DNA of 64,000 nucleotides from Parcubacteria group bacterium GW2011_GWC1_36_108 (GCA_000991245.1 LBRD01000006.1:103340-167339), one strand, 5' to 3'. Shown: positions 38,445-50,275, counted from the stretch's first letter. Program-made: numbers and translations. The notes: generated from the sequence alone by a model not told the origin.

Positions 38445-40004
38445 TTATAAGTCAGTTCCGGAATATGATAGGTTCAGTGATTTATTGATAAGAGGAAAAT
38501 CTGGCACGATGTTGCCTGGCCCCATAATACCGAAAAGTGCCCAATTGCAAAATGATGGATCACGTGGAAAACATCGCTCAATAACACCATTTTTAATTTC
38601 AAGTGCGCACAAAATTTCTCCACGCCAAGATTCCACGGCGCTAATTGCATATCCATCCTTAATTTCAACAGGAACAGAAACATCCCCCGTTTCCATTTCA
38701 GCGATAATTTTTTCAATAAAATCAATTGACACTTTCATTTCTTCAATACGCACCAAATAACGTGAGTGCACATCTCCCTTTTTTTTCAAAGAAACAGTTG
38801 TTGGATATTTTTGATAAGCAGCATAGGGATGATCACGCCGCACGTCGCGATCAAGTCCTGACCCGCGAGCAGCAATTCCAAGCGCGCCAAAGGCTCTTGC
38901 CGCTTCCTGTCCAAGCACACCGGTTGTTTGCATACGATCAAGAAAACCATCGCTGGCAAGCGCCAACATAACAATTTTATTCATTTCAAAATATGCATCT
39001 TTGGAGATTTCCAGAATTTTTTTCAGTTGCAAATCATTTAAATCCTTTGTAACACCGCCGATAGTGATGAATTCTCGCCAAAAACGATTACCAAAAATAT
39101 CATCAGAAAGGCGCATCATTCTTTCCTTAATCCGAAAACCATTGGCCGCAATAAAGCTATACCCTGTTCCCATTCCGCCAATATTGGCCAGGTCGTGAAT
39201 ATGCATCGTCAATCTTTCGAGTTCCAAAACAAGTGTGCGCAACATTTTTGCGCGATCAGTTACATTGCAATTTGAAATAGTTTCGATTGCTTGAACATAT
39301 GCAAGACAATGAGAAGCTGCCATATCGCCAGAAATTCCTTCGACGTATGGCAAAGCATCTTTGGGATTTTTTCCTTCCATCAATTTTTCAACTCCCTTGT
39401 GTGTGAAAAACAATTTTCCTTCCAAAGTTAAAATCCTTTCTCCCGCAACATTAAAGCGAAAATGCCCCGGTTCGATAATTCCTGCGTGAATGGGCCCCAC
39501 TGGAATCTCAAAAATTCCTTCACCCTCAATATGATGCATTGGATATGGAACATTAGCCTTTTCAAGTTTAGTATTAACAGCAAAATCTTTTCGAAGTGGA
39601 TGCGTCCCTTCTGGAATATTTTCATGATTTACTAATCTTCTTGGATCTGGATGACCAACAGCAATGACACCAAACATATCTTGCATATATCGCTCATACC
39701 AATGCGCAGCCATAATTGTTCTCGTGATTGAGGGATAGCTTGGATCATTTTCCGGCAAACTTGCTGACAACCTTAACCATTGATGATTCGCATCATCTCC
39801 GAAAATCACATTCACACCAAAAGTCTGATTTTCTTTGCGGTTATCCGTGCCATACAAAGAAGACAAAAATAATTTGTGTTCATCAACAAGCGATGTTGAA
39901 ACACGCGCCAAATCTTCTCGCGAAACTGTTGCAAAAACAGTATTGTTTTTAATCTCCACAATTTTAACTTCTGATATTTTTTTTAAAATTTCTTGAATGT
40001 TCAT
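38445..40004 (-). CDS. Ehr/HyfG-HycE-like large subunit (NuoC+NuoD-like), no NiFe CxxC motifs
   Basis: GPIHAGIIEPGHFRF, THKGVEK, EGISGD (vs ERICGIC), DPSF, DFPLINKSLNLSYSGTDL (vs DPCxxC). Confidence 0.92.
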   Translation of the reverse strand: MNIQEILKKISEVKIVEIKNNTVFATVSREDLARVSTSLVDEHKLFLSSLYGTDNRKENQTFGVNVIFGDDANHQWLRLSASLPENDPSYPSITRTIMAAHWYERYMQDMFGVIAVGHPDPRRLVNHENIPEGTHPLRKDFAVNTKLEKANVPYPMHHIEGEGIFEIPVGPIHAGIIEPGHFRFNVAGERILTLEGKLFFTHKGVEKLMEGKNPKDALPYVEGISGDMAASHCLAYVQAIETISNCNVTDRAKMLRTLVLELERLTMHIHDLANIGGMGTGYSFIAANGFRIKERMMRLSDDIFGNRFWREFITIGGVTKDLNDLQLKKILEISKDAYFEMNKIVMLALASDGFLDRMQTTGVLGQEAARAFGALGIAARGSGLDRDVRRDHPYAAYQKYPTTVSLKKKGDVHSRYLVRIEEMKVSIDFIEKIIAEMETGDVSVPVEIKDGYAISAVESWRGEILCALEIKNGVIERCFPRDPSFCNWALFGIMGPGNIVPDFPLINKSLNLSYSGTDL

Positions 40005-40141
40005 AATAATTTTATAAAAATAAATTTCTAATTCCCAATTTCCAATTCCTAATAAAAATTTTAATGCCCAATTCCCAAATTTTGAATTCAAGCATTTGAA
40101 ATTTTGTTGGAAATTTGATATTAGAAATTAGTAATTTTGCA

Positions 40142-41620
40142 CTACTGTGCAATGTATATTATATCTTTAGCGATCAAATCAATAAATTTAAGTCCGTCGG
40201 CTGATGAGAAAAAGAAGGTTAGTCCAACAACCAAAATCAATTGCACAATCATTACCCAGTGCGTAAGATTCCATTTTTCTCTATTCCCTAAAGACGTGAT
40301 GTCTTCCCCTTCAGAAAAAAACATTCCGATTGTTGAGCGAAGCATTGCGTATGCAATCACACTTAAGGCTGCAAAAATAAGCAATGACAAAAATGGATGC
40401 AGTGCAAAAGCACTAGTAAACATTGTATATTCACTTACAAACAAAATTGACGGAGGAAGCGCAATGATCGACAAAATACCAAACAAAAACAATATTGCTG
40501 TGAAAGGGGCTTTTTTCATCAAGCCTTTTATTTTTTCCGTCTGGGTTGTTTTGTAATTTATCAATATTTCGCCCGCTCCGAAGAAAAGCATTGACTTGGT
40601 AAGTGTATGTCCAATCATATGAATCACAGCTGCTAATGCTCCAATTGGAGATAATGCCAGGGCAAAAGTAATGATACCCATATGTTCAACGCTTGAATAC
40701 GCCAACATTCTTTTGTAATTACTTTGCACTAACATCATAAAAGCAGGAACTATGATTGAAATAAAACCAAAAAACAAAAATAGATGCCCTGTCCATTCGC
40801 TGCTTCCTAGTGCTAAATCAGTAATAAATCTAAAACGAATAATTCCATACAGTGCAATATTAAGCAAGATTCCAGAAAATAGACCGGAAATTGGCGAAGG
40901 CGCATTACTGTGTGCATCAGCCAACCAAATATGCATCGGCACCAAACCGAGCTTTGCTCCAAAACCAATAAAAATAAAAACAAAAGCCCATCTGGCAATA
41001 TCCGAAGAAAGCAAATGCGCATTTTGAGCAAGATTTGTTAAAGTAAAAAGATCGCTGCCACTTATGCCAGCCAAAGATGACCCATAACCAAGAAGCAAAA
41101 TTCCAAGCAACCCCAAACTTATCCCTGTTGAACAAATAATAATATATTTCCAAGCGGCTTCGGCTGATGTTTTTTTGCGATAAAGTCCAACCAAAAATGT
41201 TGAGGATAGCGTCGTGCCTTCAAGCGTCATCCAAAGCAACAGCGCATTATTAGCCATAACTGTAATCATCATACAAAGAGCAAAGATATGAAACAATCCG
41301 AAATAAAGCTTAAGATCACTAAGTGTTAGAATCTTTTCTTCATATTCATGCCCAATATAACGAAAACTCACAACAGCTGCGGACACATATACAAAAGCAA
41401 CCAGCGTTGCCATCAAAGCTGAAAAATTATCCACAAGCCATACGCTATCAGACCAAGCAGGTGATGACTGAAGAAGAACCGGCAAGGACATCGCGAAAAC
41501 TGAAGCTCCCGCAGCAATTGCAAGCAAAAGACTACTTTGACGAATATGTTTTTCTTTTTTAAGAAAAATCACGCAAGCTGTTGCAACAAGAATAATGATG
41601 ATTGTAATAATTGGTGTCAT
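40142..41620 (-). CDS. HyfF-like proton-conducting antiporter subunit
   Basis: LEGTTL, EAAWKY, GAKLGLVPMH.WL.DAH..APSP, KRMLAYSSVEHMG. Confidence 0.92.
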   Translation of the reverse strand: MTPIITIIIILVATACVIFLKKEKHIRQSSLLLAIAAGASVFAMSLPVLLQSSPAWSDSVWLVDNFSALMATLVAFVYVSAAVVSFRYIGHEYEEKILTLSDLKLYFGLFHIFALCMMITVMANNALLLWMTLEGTTLSSTFLVGLYRKKTSAEAAWKYIIICSTGISLGLLGILLLGYGSSLAGISGSDLFTLTNLAQNAHLLSSDIARWAFVFIFIGFGAKLGLVPMHIWLADAHSNAPSPISGLFSGILLNIALYGIIRFRFITDLALGSSEWTGHLFLFFGFISIIVPAFMMLVQSNYKRMLAYSSVEHMGIITFALALSPIGALAAVIHMIGHTLTKSMLFFGAGEILINYKTTQTEKIKGLMKKAPFTAILFLFGILSIIALPPSILFVSEYTMFTSAFALHPFLSLLIFAALSVIAYAMLRSTIGMFFSEGEDITSLGNREKWNLTHWVMIVQLILVVGLTFFFSSADGLKFIDLIAKDIIYIAQ

Positions 41621-41769
41621 AAAGTTGTATTAAAAAATTCTAAAGGCTAAATTTTAAAGTCTAATTCAATTCTAAATTCTAAAGTTTAAATTAAAATGCA
41701 AGTCCTTTTATACTTTTCACTTTAGATTTGATTTAGTATTTAGTACTTAGACTTTAGCCTTTAATGATC

Positions 41770-43380
41770 TTATTCGGTTAAATTACGCAGGTCTTCAGTG
41801 TCAGAAGAACCATGAAATTCTCTGATGCGTGAACCTAAAATTGATAGAATAAATGCACTTGCAACAATGATAACAAACACACCAAGTTCAATTAGTAGCG
41901 GCAATGATTTTACAGTTACCAAAGTAAAAACTGTCACACCATTTTCAATAATAAGAAGTCCTAAAATTTGAGAAAAAATATTACGATGCACTATCATCGT
42001 TGCTAATCCTAAGCCAATAAGAGCAAAGGAAGCAAACAAAAGAGTGTCGAATTCCACCACGCCAACAATTGGAGTTTGCTTCATCACAAAAAATGTTGCA
42101 CCCAAAATAACAACTGCCACAAAATAACTAGAAGCGGGACGGAGAAATGATGGCGAACTTATGAGCTCTTTATGTTTTCTTTGTGCATAGCGAATAACAG
42201 CAGGAACCAAGAAAGTTTTAATCAAAATAGTCACAGCTGCAAAAAGCCACAGATGCTTTTTTTCCTCCCCGCCTAAAATAAAAGAAAGTCCAAGGGCAAT
42301 ACCAGCAATACTCAAAGAAGAAAAGGCGTAGTATCGAAGCATAACTTGTGAGCGAGCACGACCAAATAAAAGTATCACAAAAAATACTGCCAATATAGAA
42401 AATATTGTGTGATATTCAATATCAACATTGATAACAGAAGAAAACATCGCAATCAACATTCCAAACATTGCTGTGAAAAAAGCAATCGACATAAACTCCT
42501 GCATTCTATAGAATCTCATTTTAACAACAACTGTTTCAAGCAAAGCCAAGAATCCCATCGCAACAACAACTTTAATAATTCCAAATAAAACAGCAACAAT
42601 CCCAGCGCCCAAAGAAGCAATCATCCCAAGATTGGTAGCAACCGCAACAGTCTGCGGGAAAATAAAATTTGAAAGCAAAATAGCAAAAACGGTCAGTTTA
42701 ATTGCACTGGCATATTCAAGCATGGCCAAATATGCGCCAGAATATTCAAGAATCATTGCTTCATGTACCATTGTAAGTTCAAGATGTGTCGCTGGGTTAT
42801 CCACAGGGTAACGGGCATTTTCAGCCAAAGTTACCAATAAAAAAGCAAAAACAGAAAGCAACAAATATGGATGAGAAAAAACAAGTTGTTGTCCCACCAT
42901 TCCATCTATTGCAAAAGTACCACCCACAAGACTCATAGCGGCAAAAACCATTATTATTGTCGGCTCAACAAGGGCGGCTATTGTCATTTCACGACTTGAG
43001 CCCATTCCTCCAAAAGCACTCCCCGGATCAAGACCACCCAAAACCAAAAAGATTGAACCTATCATTAAAATCCCACCAACTACCAGAAAATCGCTCATGC
43101 TTGCCAATTTTCCACCAATAAATAGCAGAGGTAAAATAAAGGCCAATGCTATTGAAGTTGAAAAAACCACAAAAGGCACCACGCGAAAAACCCAAGATGT
43201 TGCAGTGGAGATAACCATTTGCTTTCTAAAAAGAGTCGCGAATGTATAATACGGCAAAAAAGGAGATGCGCCCTTGCGTCCTTGAAGACGCGCTTTACAA
43301 AAGCGGACCAAGCCGGAAGCAAACGGCGCAATCAGAATAACAAAAATTCCCTGTAATAATGTTGCTAATATTGGATTCAT
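41770..43380 (-). CDS. Fused HyfC/HycD (NuoH-like) + HyfE membrane subunit
   Basis: ARLQGR.G, GMGSSRE, ENARYPVDNP.THLELTMVHEAMILEYSG; C-terminal QILGLLIIENG...LIELG. Confidence 0.88.
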   Translation of the reverse strand: MNPILATLLQGIFVILIAPFASGLVRFCKARLQGRKGASPFLPYYTFATLFRKQMVISTATSWVFRVVPFVVFSTSIALAFILPLLFIGGKLASMSDFLVVGGILMIGSIFLVLGGLDPGSAFGGMGSSREMTIAALVEPTIIMVFAAMSLVGGTFAIDGMVGQQLVFSHPYLLLSVFAFLLVTLAENARYPVDNPATHLELTMVHEAMILEYSGAYLAMLEYASAIKLTVFAILLSNFIFPQTVAVATNLGMIASLGAGIVAVLFGIIKVVVAMGFLALLETVVVKMRFYRMQEFMSIAFFTAMFGMLIAMFSSVINVDIEYHTIFSILAVFFVILLFGRARSQVMLRYYAFSSLSIAGIALGLSFILGGEEKKHLWLFAAVTILIKTFLVPAVIRYAQRKHKELISSPSFLRPASSYFVAVVILGATFFVMKQTPIVGVVEFDTLLFASFALIGLGLATMIVHRNIFSQILGLLIIENGVTVFTLVTVKSLPLLIELGVFVIIVASAFILSILGSRIREFHGSSDTEDLRNLTE

Positions 43381-45386
43381 AAAACTATAATTAATGTGAC
43401 AATTAATGTTCCCAAAACAAAAAGCAAATAATATTGAATACGCCCACCCTGAATCACGCGAGCACGCTCAGCCAAAAAATTCAAAATACCTGCGATCGGT
43501 TGATATAATTTATCTTTCCAAACAGATTTTAATGACATAGAAAAAGTATAGTTGCGAATCCAAGGATTAGTCTCAACAACTGCTACCGATTTTAAAACCT
43601 TATCTCTTCCCAATAAATGCAGAAAGAAAAACCTAATTGGGCCAGAAAAAGCCGTGGCGGAATATTGCATTGTTGCATCAATCGATTGCCCACAATCCCA
43701 CGTTTTGTATTTCCTCTCCGAAACCTTGCTGCCAAAAAAATTATACACTGCGTACGTCAGTGCCAAGAAAATTACAAACAGTGAAAATATCATTGATGAA
43801 GAAAGATGACTTGTTATTGCACTGATTGATTGATCAGAAGGCATTGTTGCCAAAATACCACCATTACCGTTTAACCATCCAATAATAGGTTTAGCAAAAA
43901 TACCCAAAACCAACACTCCTGATCCAAGTATCATCACAGGAATACTAAGCATATAATCAGTTTTTTCAGCTCTTTCTTCAATATGATCTGTACGAGGAAG
44001 TCCAAGCATTGAGATACCAAAAATTTTAATCATAGCAAATATTGCCAAACCACTGACAAGTCCCATAAGCGCGATACTGCCCAATATTACCAATATTGCA
44101 ACAGAATCAAGTAGCGGGCTACGTAATAAGCTGATTGCATTTTGAATCAATCCCCACTCTCCGTAAAATGTTCCGAATGGAGGAAGTGGAACTGCAGATA
44201 AAATTGCAATTAAAAATGCAAATGAAAAGAACGGCATAATTTTAGCCAAACCTCCCATCGCCTCAAGACTTTTAGAATGAAAACGACTGATTGCAATTCC
44301 ACTACTCAAAAAAAGTGCTGTTTTAAAAAGTGCATGATTTATTGCATGAAAAACAGCAAACACCACTATAATATTGGAAATTATCACAATACTGTCAGCA
44401 GAGCTTTGGGATAAAAGATAAATTGAAATTCCAAGCATCGTAAAAATAATTCCCATATTTTCAATACTACTATAAGCAAACGCACGTTTCATATCCCTTT
44501 CAATAACCGCATATAACACACCAACGATTGCAGAAAGAAGACCAAGCGCGATAACAACAAGTCCTGCCCAAGCAGGCAAATTCGTCATAGCAAAAACAAT
44601 TTTAATAAAACCATAAATTGCGACTTTAAGCATAAGACCGGACATCAAAGCTGAAATATTGCTTGGAGCTTGCGGATGCGCTTCTGGCAGCCAAACATGA
44701 AATGGAACAAGCCCAGCCTTTGAACCAAAACCAAACAAAAATAGCATGAAAGCAAGTGCGGCTAATGCTGGTGAAAGGGTTGATGATAAAAAAGCAATAT
44801 CAGAAAAATCAAAAAATAAATTTCCGCCACTCAAAATCAAAAAGCCTCCCAAAATTGCTGAGGCTCCAAGATGCGTCATAATAAAATACAAGAAAGCTGC
44901 GCGAACAGACTGAGAAGTTTTGTCAGCCATAACAAGAAAAAAAGATGTGATACTCATAACCTCCCAAAAAAACAAAAACGCAAAAGCGTTATTGGCAAAC
45001 AGTACTCCTTGCATTCCAAAAACAAAAACTACTGTTAAAAATTGTGTGAGCGCAGGATTATAAGTTTTTTCATAAAGCTCCAAATATCTCATGCTATATA
45101 TTCCCACCAAGGCTGACACAAAACTAATAACAATAAAGAAAATAGCGCTTAAGAGATTTACTGTCGGCGCAAAATTAAAAAGCCAATTCCATTGTCCCAA
45201 AATAATTTCCTTTGGGGCAAAATTAAACAAATATAAAATTCCAGCGATAAAACCCAGAGTATTTACTAAGACAAAAAGTTGAACGGATTTTTTCCATTGA
45301 CCGCCAATAAGCGCAAACAGAGCGGCAAAAAATAGGCCAAAAAAATAAACAAAAAAACCGAAAGCTATTAAATCTATCGTTATCAT
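43377..45386 (-). CDS. HyfB/HycC-like proton-conducting antiporter subunit
   Basis: WEVMS, KAGLVPFHVWLPEAHP.APS, AYSSIEN, NHALFK, TWDCG, MQYSA. Confidence 0.92.
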   Translation of the reverse strand: MITIDLIAFGFFVYFFGLFFAALFALIGGQWKKSVQLFVLVNTLGFIAGILYLFNFAPKEIILGQWNWLFNFAPTVNLLSAIFFIVISFVSALVGIYSMRYLELYEKTYNPALTQFLTVVFVFGMQGVLFANNAFAFLFFWEVMSITSFFLVMADKTSQSVRAAFLYFIMTHLGASAILGGFLILSGGNLFFDFSDIAFLSSTLSPALAALAFMLFLFGFGSKAGLVPFHVWLPEAHPQAPSNISALMSGLMLKVAIYGFIKIVFAMTNLPAWAGLVVIALGLLSAIVGVLYAVIERDMKRAFAYSSIENMGIIFTMLGISIYLLSQSSADSIVIISNIIVVFAVFHAINHALFKTALFLSSGIAISRFHSKSLEAMGGLAKIMPFFSFAFLIAILSAVPLPPFGTFYGEWGLIQNAISLLRSPLLDSVAILVILGSIALMGLVSGLAIFAMIKIFGISMLGLPRTDHIEERAEKTDYMLSIPVMILGSGVLVLGIFAKPIIGWLNGNGGILATMPSDQSISAITSHLSSSMIFSLFVIFLALTYAVYNFFGSKVSERKYKTWDCGQSIDATMQYSATAFSGPIRFFFLHLLGRDKVLKSVAVVETNPWIRNYTFSMSLKSVWKDKLYQPIAGILNFLAERARVIQGGRIQYYLLFVLGTLIVTLIIVL

Positions 45387-45395
45387 ACAATTATA

Positions 45396-45935
45396 TTAAA
45401 AATTTTTCTGATTAAGAGATTGAAGAACTCCCCGCAAAATTTCAATAGGGCGTGGAGGATTTCCTGGAATACGGATATGCACAGGAATGACTTTTTCAAC
45501 TCCCCCAACCACAGCATATGAATCCTTCCAAATACCACCATCTATTGCTCCGTCGCCAAGTGCTACTACAATGCAAGGACTCGGTGCGGCTTCATAAGTT
45601 GTTTTAAGTGCATTTTCAAGATTGCGCGTAACCGGACCTGAAACAAAAAGCATATCGGCGTGCCTTGGAGATGCCACAAAAGTGAGTCCAAAACGATCAA
45701 TGTCATAATAAGCATTATTCAGGGCTGTAAACTCAATCTCTTCAGCGTTAGTAGAACCAGCATCAACCGCGCGGATGCGCAAAGAACGACCCCCGTATAA
45801 TCTTTTTATAGTAGCTTTTAGTTCCTCACCGACTTTTTCAAATTGAGCATCAACAGGAAAATCCCTGATTGTTTGTTCATTTTCTGTGACTTTTGGCCCA
45901 AATAGTAAGATTTTGAGTAATTGAAAAAATTTCAT
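45396..45935 (-). CDS. HyfI/HycG (NuoB-like) small subunit lacking all four Fe-S cysteines
   Basis: VDAGSTNAEEIE (vs GSCNGCELE), RFG..FVASPRHAD, GDGA (vs GDCA), IPGNPP (vs GCPP). Confidence 0.92.
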   Translation of the reverse strand: MKFFQLLKILLFGPKVTENEQTIRDFPVDAQFEKVGEELKATIKRLYGGRSLRIRAVDAGSTNAEEIEFTALNNAYYDIDRFGLTFVASPRHADMLFVSGPVTRNLENALKTTYEAAPSPCIVVALGDGAIDGGIWKDSYAVVGGVEKVIPVHIRIPGNPPRPIEILRGVLQSLNQKNF

Positions 45936-45950
45936 AAAAAACGTTATTAT

Positions 45951-46140
45951 CAGAAGTTACGCGTTTCGAAACATTTCTTTTTTGGCCAATTGTTGGCGAC
46001 AGCGACTCTTTGAGCTTTTGGATACTCGCCCCGTCAAATTGTTCACAGTAGTGAACACCAGCTTTGCTGGATTTGACGGGGTAAACATTCATCCAAAAGC
46101 GTGCCAAAAAAGAAATAGTTGAGAAAATGCGTAAGTCCTA
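45951..46140 (-). repeat. Family B repeat (reverse) with nested family A element (46026-46084)
   Basis: Reverse complement nearly identical to 25362-25538; complete outer stem. Confidence 0.9.
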
Positions 46141-46385
46141 AATATTCATATTTGCCATTTTATCAGCAATAACATCTATTCTGCTCGCTATTTTAATTTT
46201 TGGCAAGACCTGTGGTGCATAAATGCCTAATTACTAATTCCCAATTTCTAATAAAATTCCCAATATCAAATTTCAAAATTTTAACATTAGAAATTTATTT
46301 TTTATTAGAAATTAGATATTAGACATTAGAAATTTGCAAATAATATATATGCAAATACATATGCAAACATCGCACTCACTTGTGA

Positions 46386-46823
46386 TTAATCTATCTTAAT
46401 ATTATGTCTGCTATGGTGTTTTCTGGCGACTCGAACGCGGGCAGATTCTTTCTCGATTGCTGCCGCTACCCTTGCATATTCCATCTCATTCATTGTTACT
46501 TTTTCTTTTTTAATTTCTTCCGCTCTCTTCCTAGCTTCTTCAGCCCGCTTCAAATCAATTTCGTCGGCTGCTTCAGCCGTGTCAGCCAGCACAACTAGCG
46601 TATTATTATTAAATTCAACAAAGCCGCTTGAAACAACCAACAAGGTTTCTTTCCCGCCCACTTTAAACATAACCTCGCCAGCTTTTAGCGATGCAATATA
46701 CGAACGATGATCCGGCATGATTGTCACTTCCCCATCAGTAACTGGAAGCGTGATCTGATCAACCTCCTGCTCGAAAAGCGTTCGTTCAGGAGTAACAATT
46801 TTGAAATTTATTTTTTTGGACAT
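46386..46823 (-). CDS. atpC: ATP synthase F1 epsilon
   Basis: IVTPE, GEVTIMPDH, SSGFVE, ADTAE. Confidence 0.96.
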   Translation of the reverse strand: MSKKINFKIVTPERTLFEQEVDQITLPVTDGEVTIMPDHRSYIASLKAGEVMFKVGGKETLLVVSSGFVEFNNNTLVVLADTAEAADEIDLKRAEEARKRAEEIKKEKVTMNEMEYARVAAAIEKESARVRVARKHHSRHNIKID

Positions 46824-46968
46824 AAATATAATAAATTAATTCCTAATTTCCAATTCCTAATTTCCAACAAAATTTCAAATACTTTTAATTTAAAATTTAT
46901 GCATTGGACATTAAGATTTTATTAGAAATTAGATATTAGATATTGGAAATTATGAAATCAAAAAATTA

Positions 46969-48351
<1,383 letters not shown>

Positions 48352-48694
48352 TTATTTATTAGGATAATTAATGTTATTTAAATTATGTTTATAATTTCGA
48401 ATTTCCAATTTTGAATTTCGAATCAATTTCTAATGCTTGAATTTTTAATGTTTCAAACATTATATCATTCAGATTTGATTCGAAATTCAAAATTCAGACT
48501 TCGAAATTGTTTCGAGAACCATGTTCTATTTGTGGCCTTTTTAAGCCCTAAACAGAATCAGAATCTCGAATTATTGTTTGACCTGTCGCTCGCGAGCGAC
48601 GGGTCTTGACTTTTTGGTGATTTGGGTGTATACTATACGGTTGTAGTTATTTAAATAAATCGCAACAAAATTCTTTTGCAAGGGGAGTAGTGAA

Positions 48695-48919
48695 ATGAGC
48701 TCAAAACTTATTCAAGTAAATACCTACCATGTCGGTCACAATGGTGGTCCAGGTGGACCAATTAACATGCAACGCTTCATGGATCACTTCAAACTCATAT
48801 CCAAGTTTGATGAGCTCCCAAAAAGCATTAAATTAATTACTGCGGATGGGACAGAAATAGAAATCATGCCAGATGAGTCAACTGGTAATCTATGGGTTTC
48901 TATCTACACGCGCCCATAA
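48695..48919 (+). CDS. Hypothetical protein, antisense insertion between atpG and atpD
   Basis: TTGACT...TATACT promoter (~48606-48634), SD GGGGAG, hairpin + T run at 48929-48972. Confidence 0.65.
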   Translation: MSSKLIQVNTYHVGHNGGPGGPINMQRFMDHFKLISKFDELPKSIKLITADGTEIEIMPDESTGNLWVSIYTRP

Positions 48920-49003
48920 CACCCCTTTACCGCTCCGTTCCGAGATTCATTCGGAATGTGAGCGGTTTTTTTATTTTTTCCAAATTTTCAAAACTACTTT
49001 TTT

Positions 49004-49129
49004 TGTCATTCCGAACTTGTTTCGGAATCTAGAAGAGCATGAATGTTCAAGCCCGACGAGATCCTGAAACACCCGCCTCGACTCGCGAGACGATCGCTCG
49101 TCGAAGCGAGGCGGGAGTTCAGGATGACA
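49004..49129. repeat. GTCAT...ATGAC REP-like pair (family C) with nested CCCGCC...GGCGGG element (49072-49115)
   Basis: TGTCATTCCGAACTTGTTTCGGAATCT...AGATCCTGAAAC[insert]AGTTCAGGATGACA. Confidence 0.75.
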
Positions 49130-49183
49130 ATATATTTTAAATTTGCATTTTCCTAAGAAGCTAAAAAGCTAAAGCCTAATAAG

Positions 49184-50143
49184 CTACTCAAGGGCTGCTC
49201 TCCCTGCTGAAATCTCAGCGATTTCCTGCGTAATCTTTCCTTGTCTGATTTGGTTATATGCCAGAGTCAAATCCTCACTCATCTCTCCGGCTGCGTCGGT
49301 GGCGTTTCTCATGGCGAGCATTCGCGCAGATTGCTCGGAGGCTTGCGATTCCAAAACTGCGTGGAAAAGCTGCATCTCAATCAAACGCGGAATGATAAAT
49401 TCCAAAACCTCTTCGGGACTAGGCTCAATCTTATATTCAACCATAGGCTCTTCCAATCCATATTCTTTAGCAATAATATCCATTTCAGCAATTTGTTTTT
49501 CAATATCAATTTTTGAAATCGGCAAAACCTGACGAATTCTGGTTTGCTGATTTACAGCACTGACATAATCAGTATACACAACAACAACTTTGTCATATTT
49601 TTTTGCCAAATAATCTTCCATCACAATTTTTGAAAGTGGTTTGATGTCAGCGACAGTCGCAAATTTTCCACCATCTTCAAAAGCAGCGATGATATCTTTT
49701 TGCATTTTTTTCACCATACTCTCACCTTTTTTTCCAATCGTAATAAAATCAATCTTCAAATCTTCGTCTTTGATTTTTGATTCTATTTTCTTTTTTCCAA
49801 TACGGTTTATTTTCAATTTTTCAGGATGCAAAATTTCTTCTTTAATTTTTTTGGCAACTTGCGTGTTAAATGATCCGCAAAGTCCGCGGTTAGAAGTCAC
49901 AGCAATAATCAAAACACTTTTCACTTCGCGCACTTCCAAGAAACCATATCCTTGTGAAGATTCAAAAGCTCGCGCCAAGTTTGTCAGCACACTCCAAGCA
50001 GCATGAGCGTATGGTCTAATCCCCAGCACACTAGCCACTGCGCGCCTCATTTTTGCAGCACTAACCATCTCCATCGCTTTTGTTATCTTGCGAGTGGAGT
50101 TAATAGAGCGTATTCGTCTTTTTATGTCGAGTGATGAAGCCAT
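49184..50143 (-). CDS. atpG: ATP synthase F1 gamma
   Basis: KITKAMEMV, NRGLCG.FN, RMLAMRNATD, RQGKITQEI. Confidence 0.98.
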   Translation of the reverse strand: MASSLDIKRRIRSINSTRKITKAMEMVSAAKMRRAVASVLGIRPYAHAAWSVLTNLARAFESSQGYGFLEVREVKSVLIIAVTSNRGLCGSFNTQVAKKIKEEILHPEKLKINRIGKKKIESKIKDEDLKIDFITIGKKGESMVKKMQKDIIAAFEDGGKFATVADIKPLSKIVMEDYLAKKYDKVVVVYTDYVSAVNQQTRIRQVLPISKIDIEKQIAEMDIIAKEYGLEEPMVEYKIEPSPEEVLEFIIPRLIEMQLFHAVLESQASEQSARMLAMRNATDAAGEMSEDLTLAYNQIRQGKITQEIAEISAGRAALE

Positions 50144-50275
50144 ATGTTTATATTAAATATCAAATTAAAAATAACAAATATCAAATGAATTCCAAATGCC
50201 AAATGTTTTAATTTTGTCATTTAAGAATTTAAGCATTTATTTGAAATTTTTAATTTATAATTTGAAATTCTGCTT

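Noticed and set aside
38445-45935. Group 4 [NiFe]-hydrogenase
   Set aside because: Both Ni-binding CxxC motifs are absent and no hyp maturation genes are in the window; called Ehr-like instead
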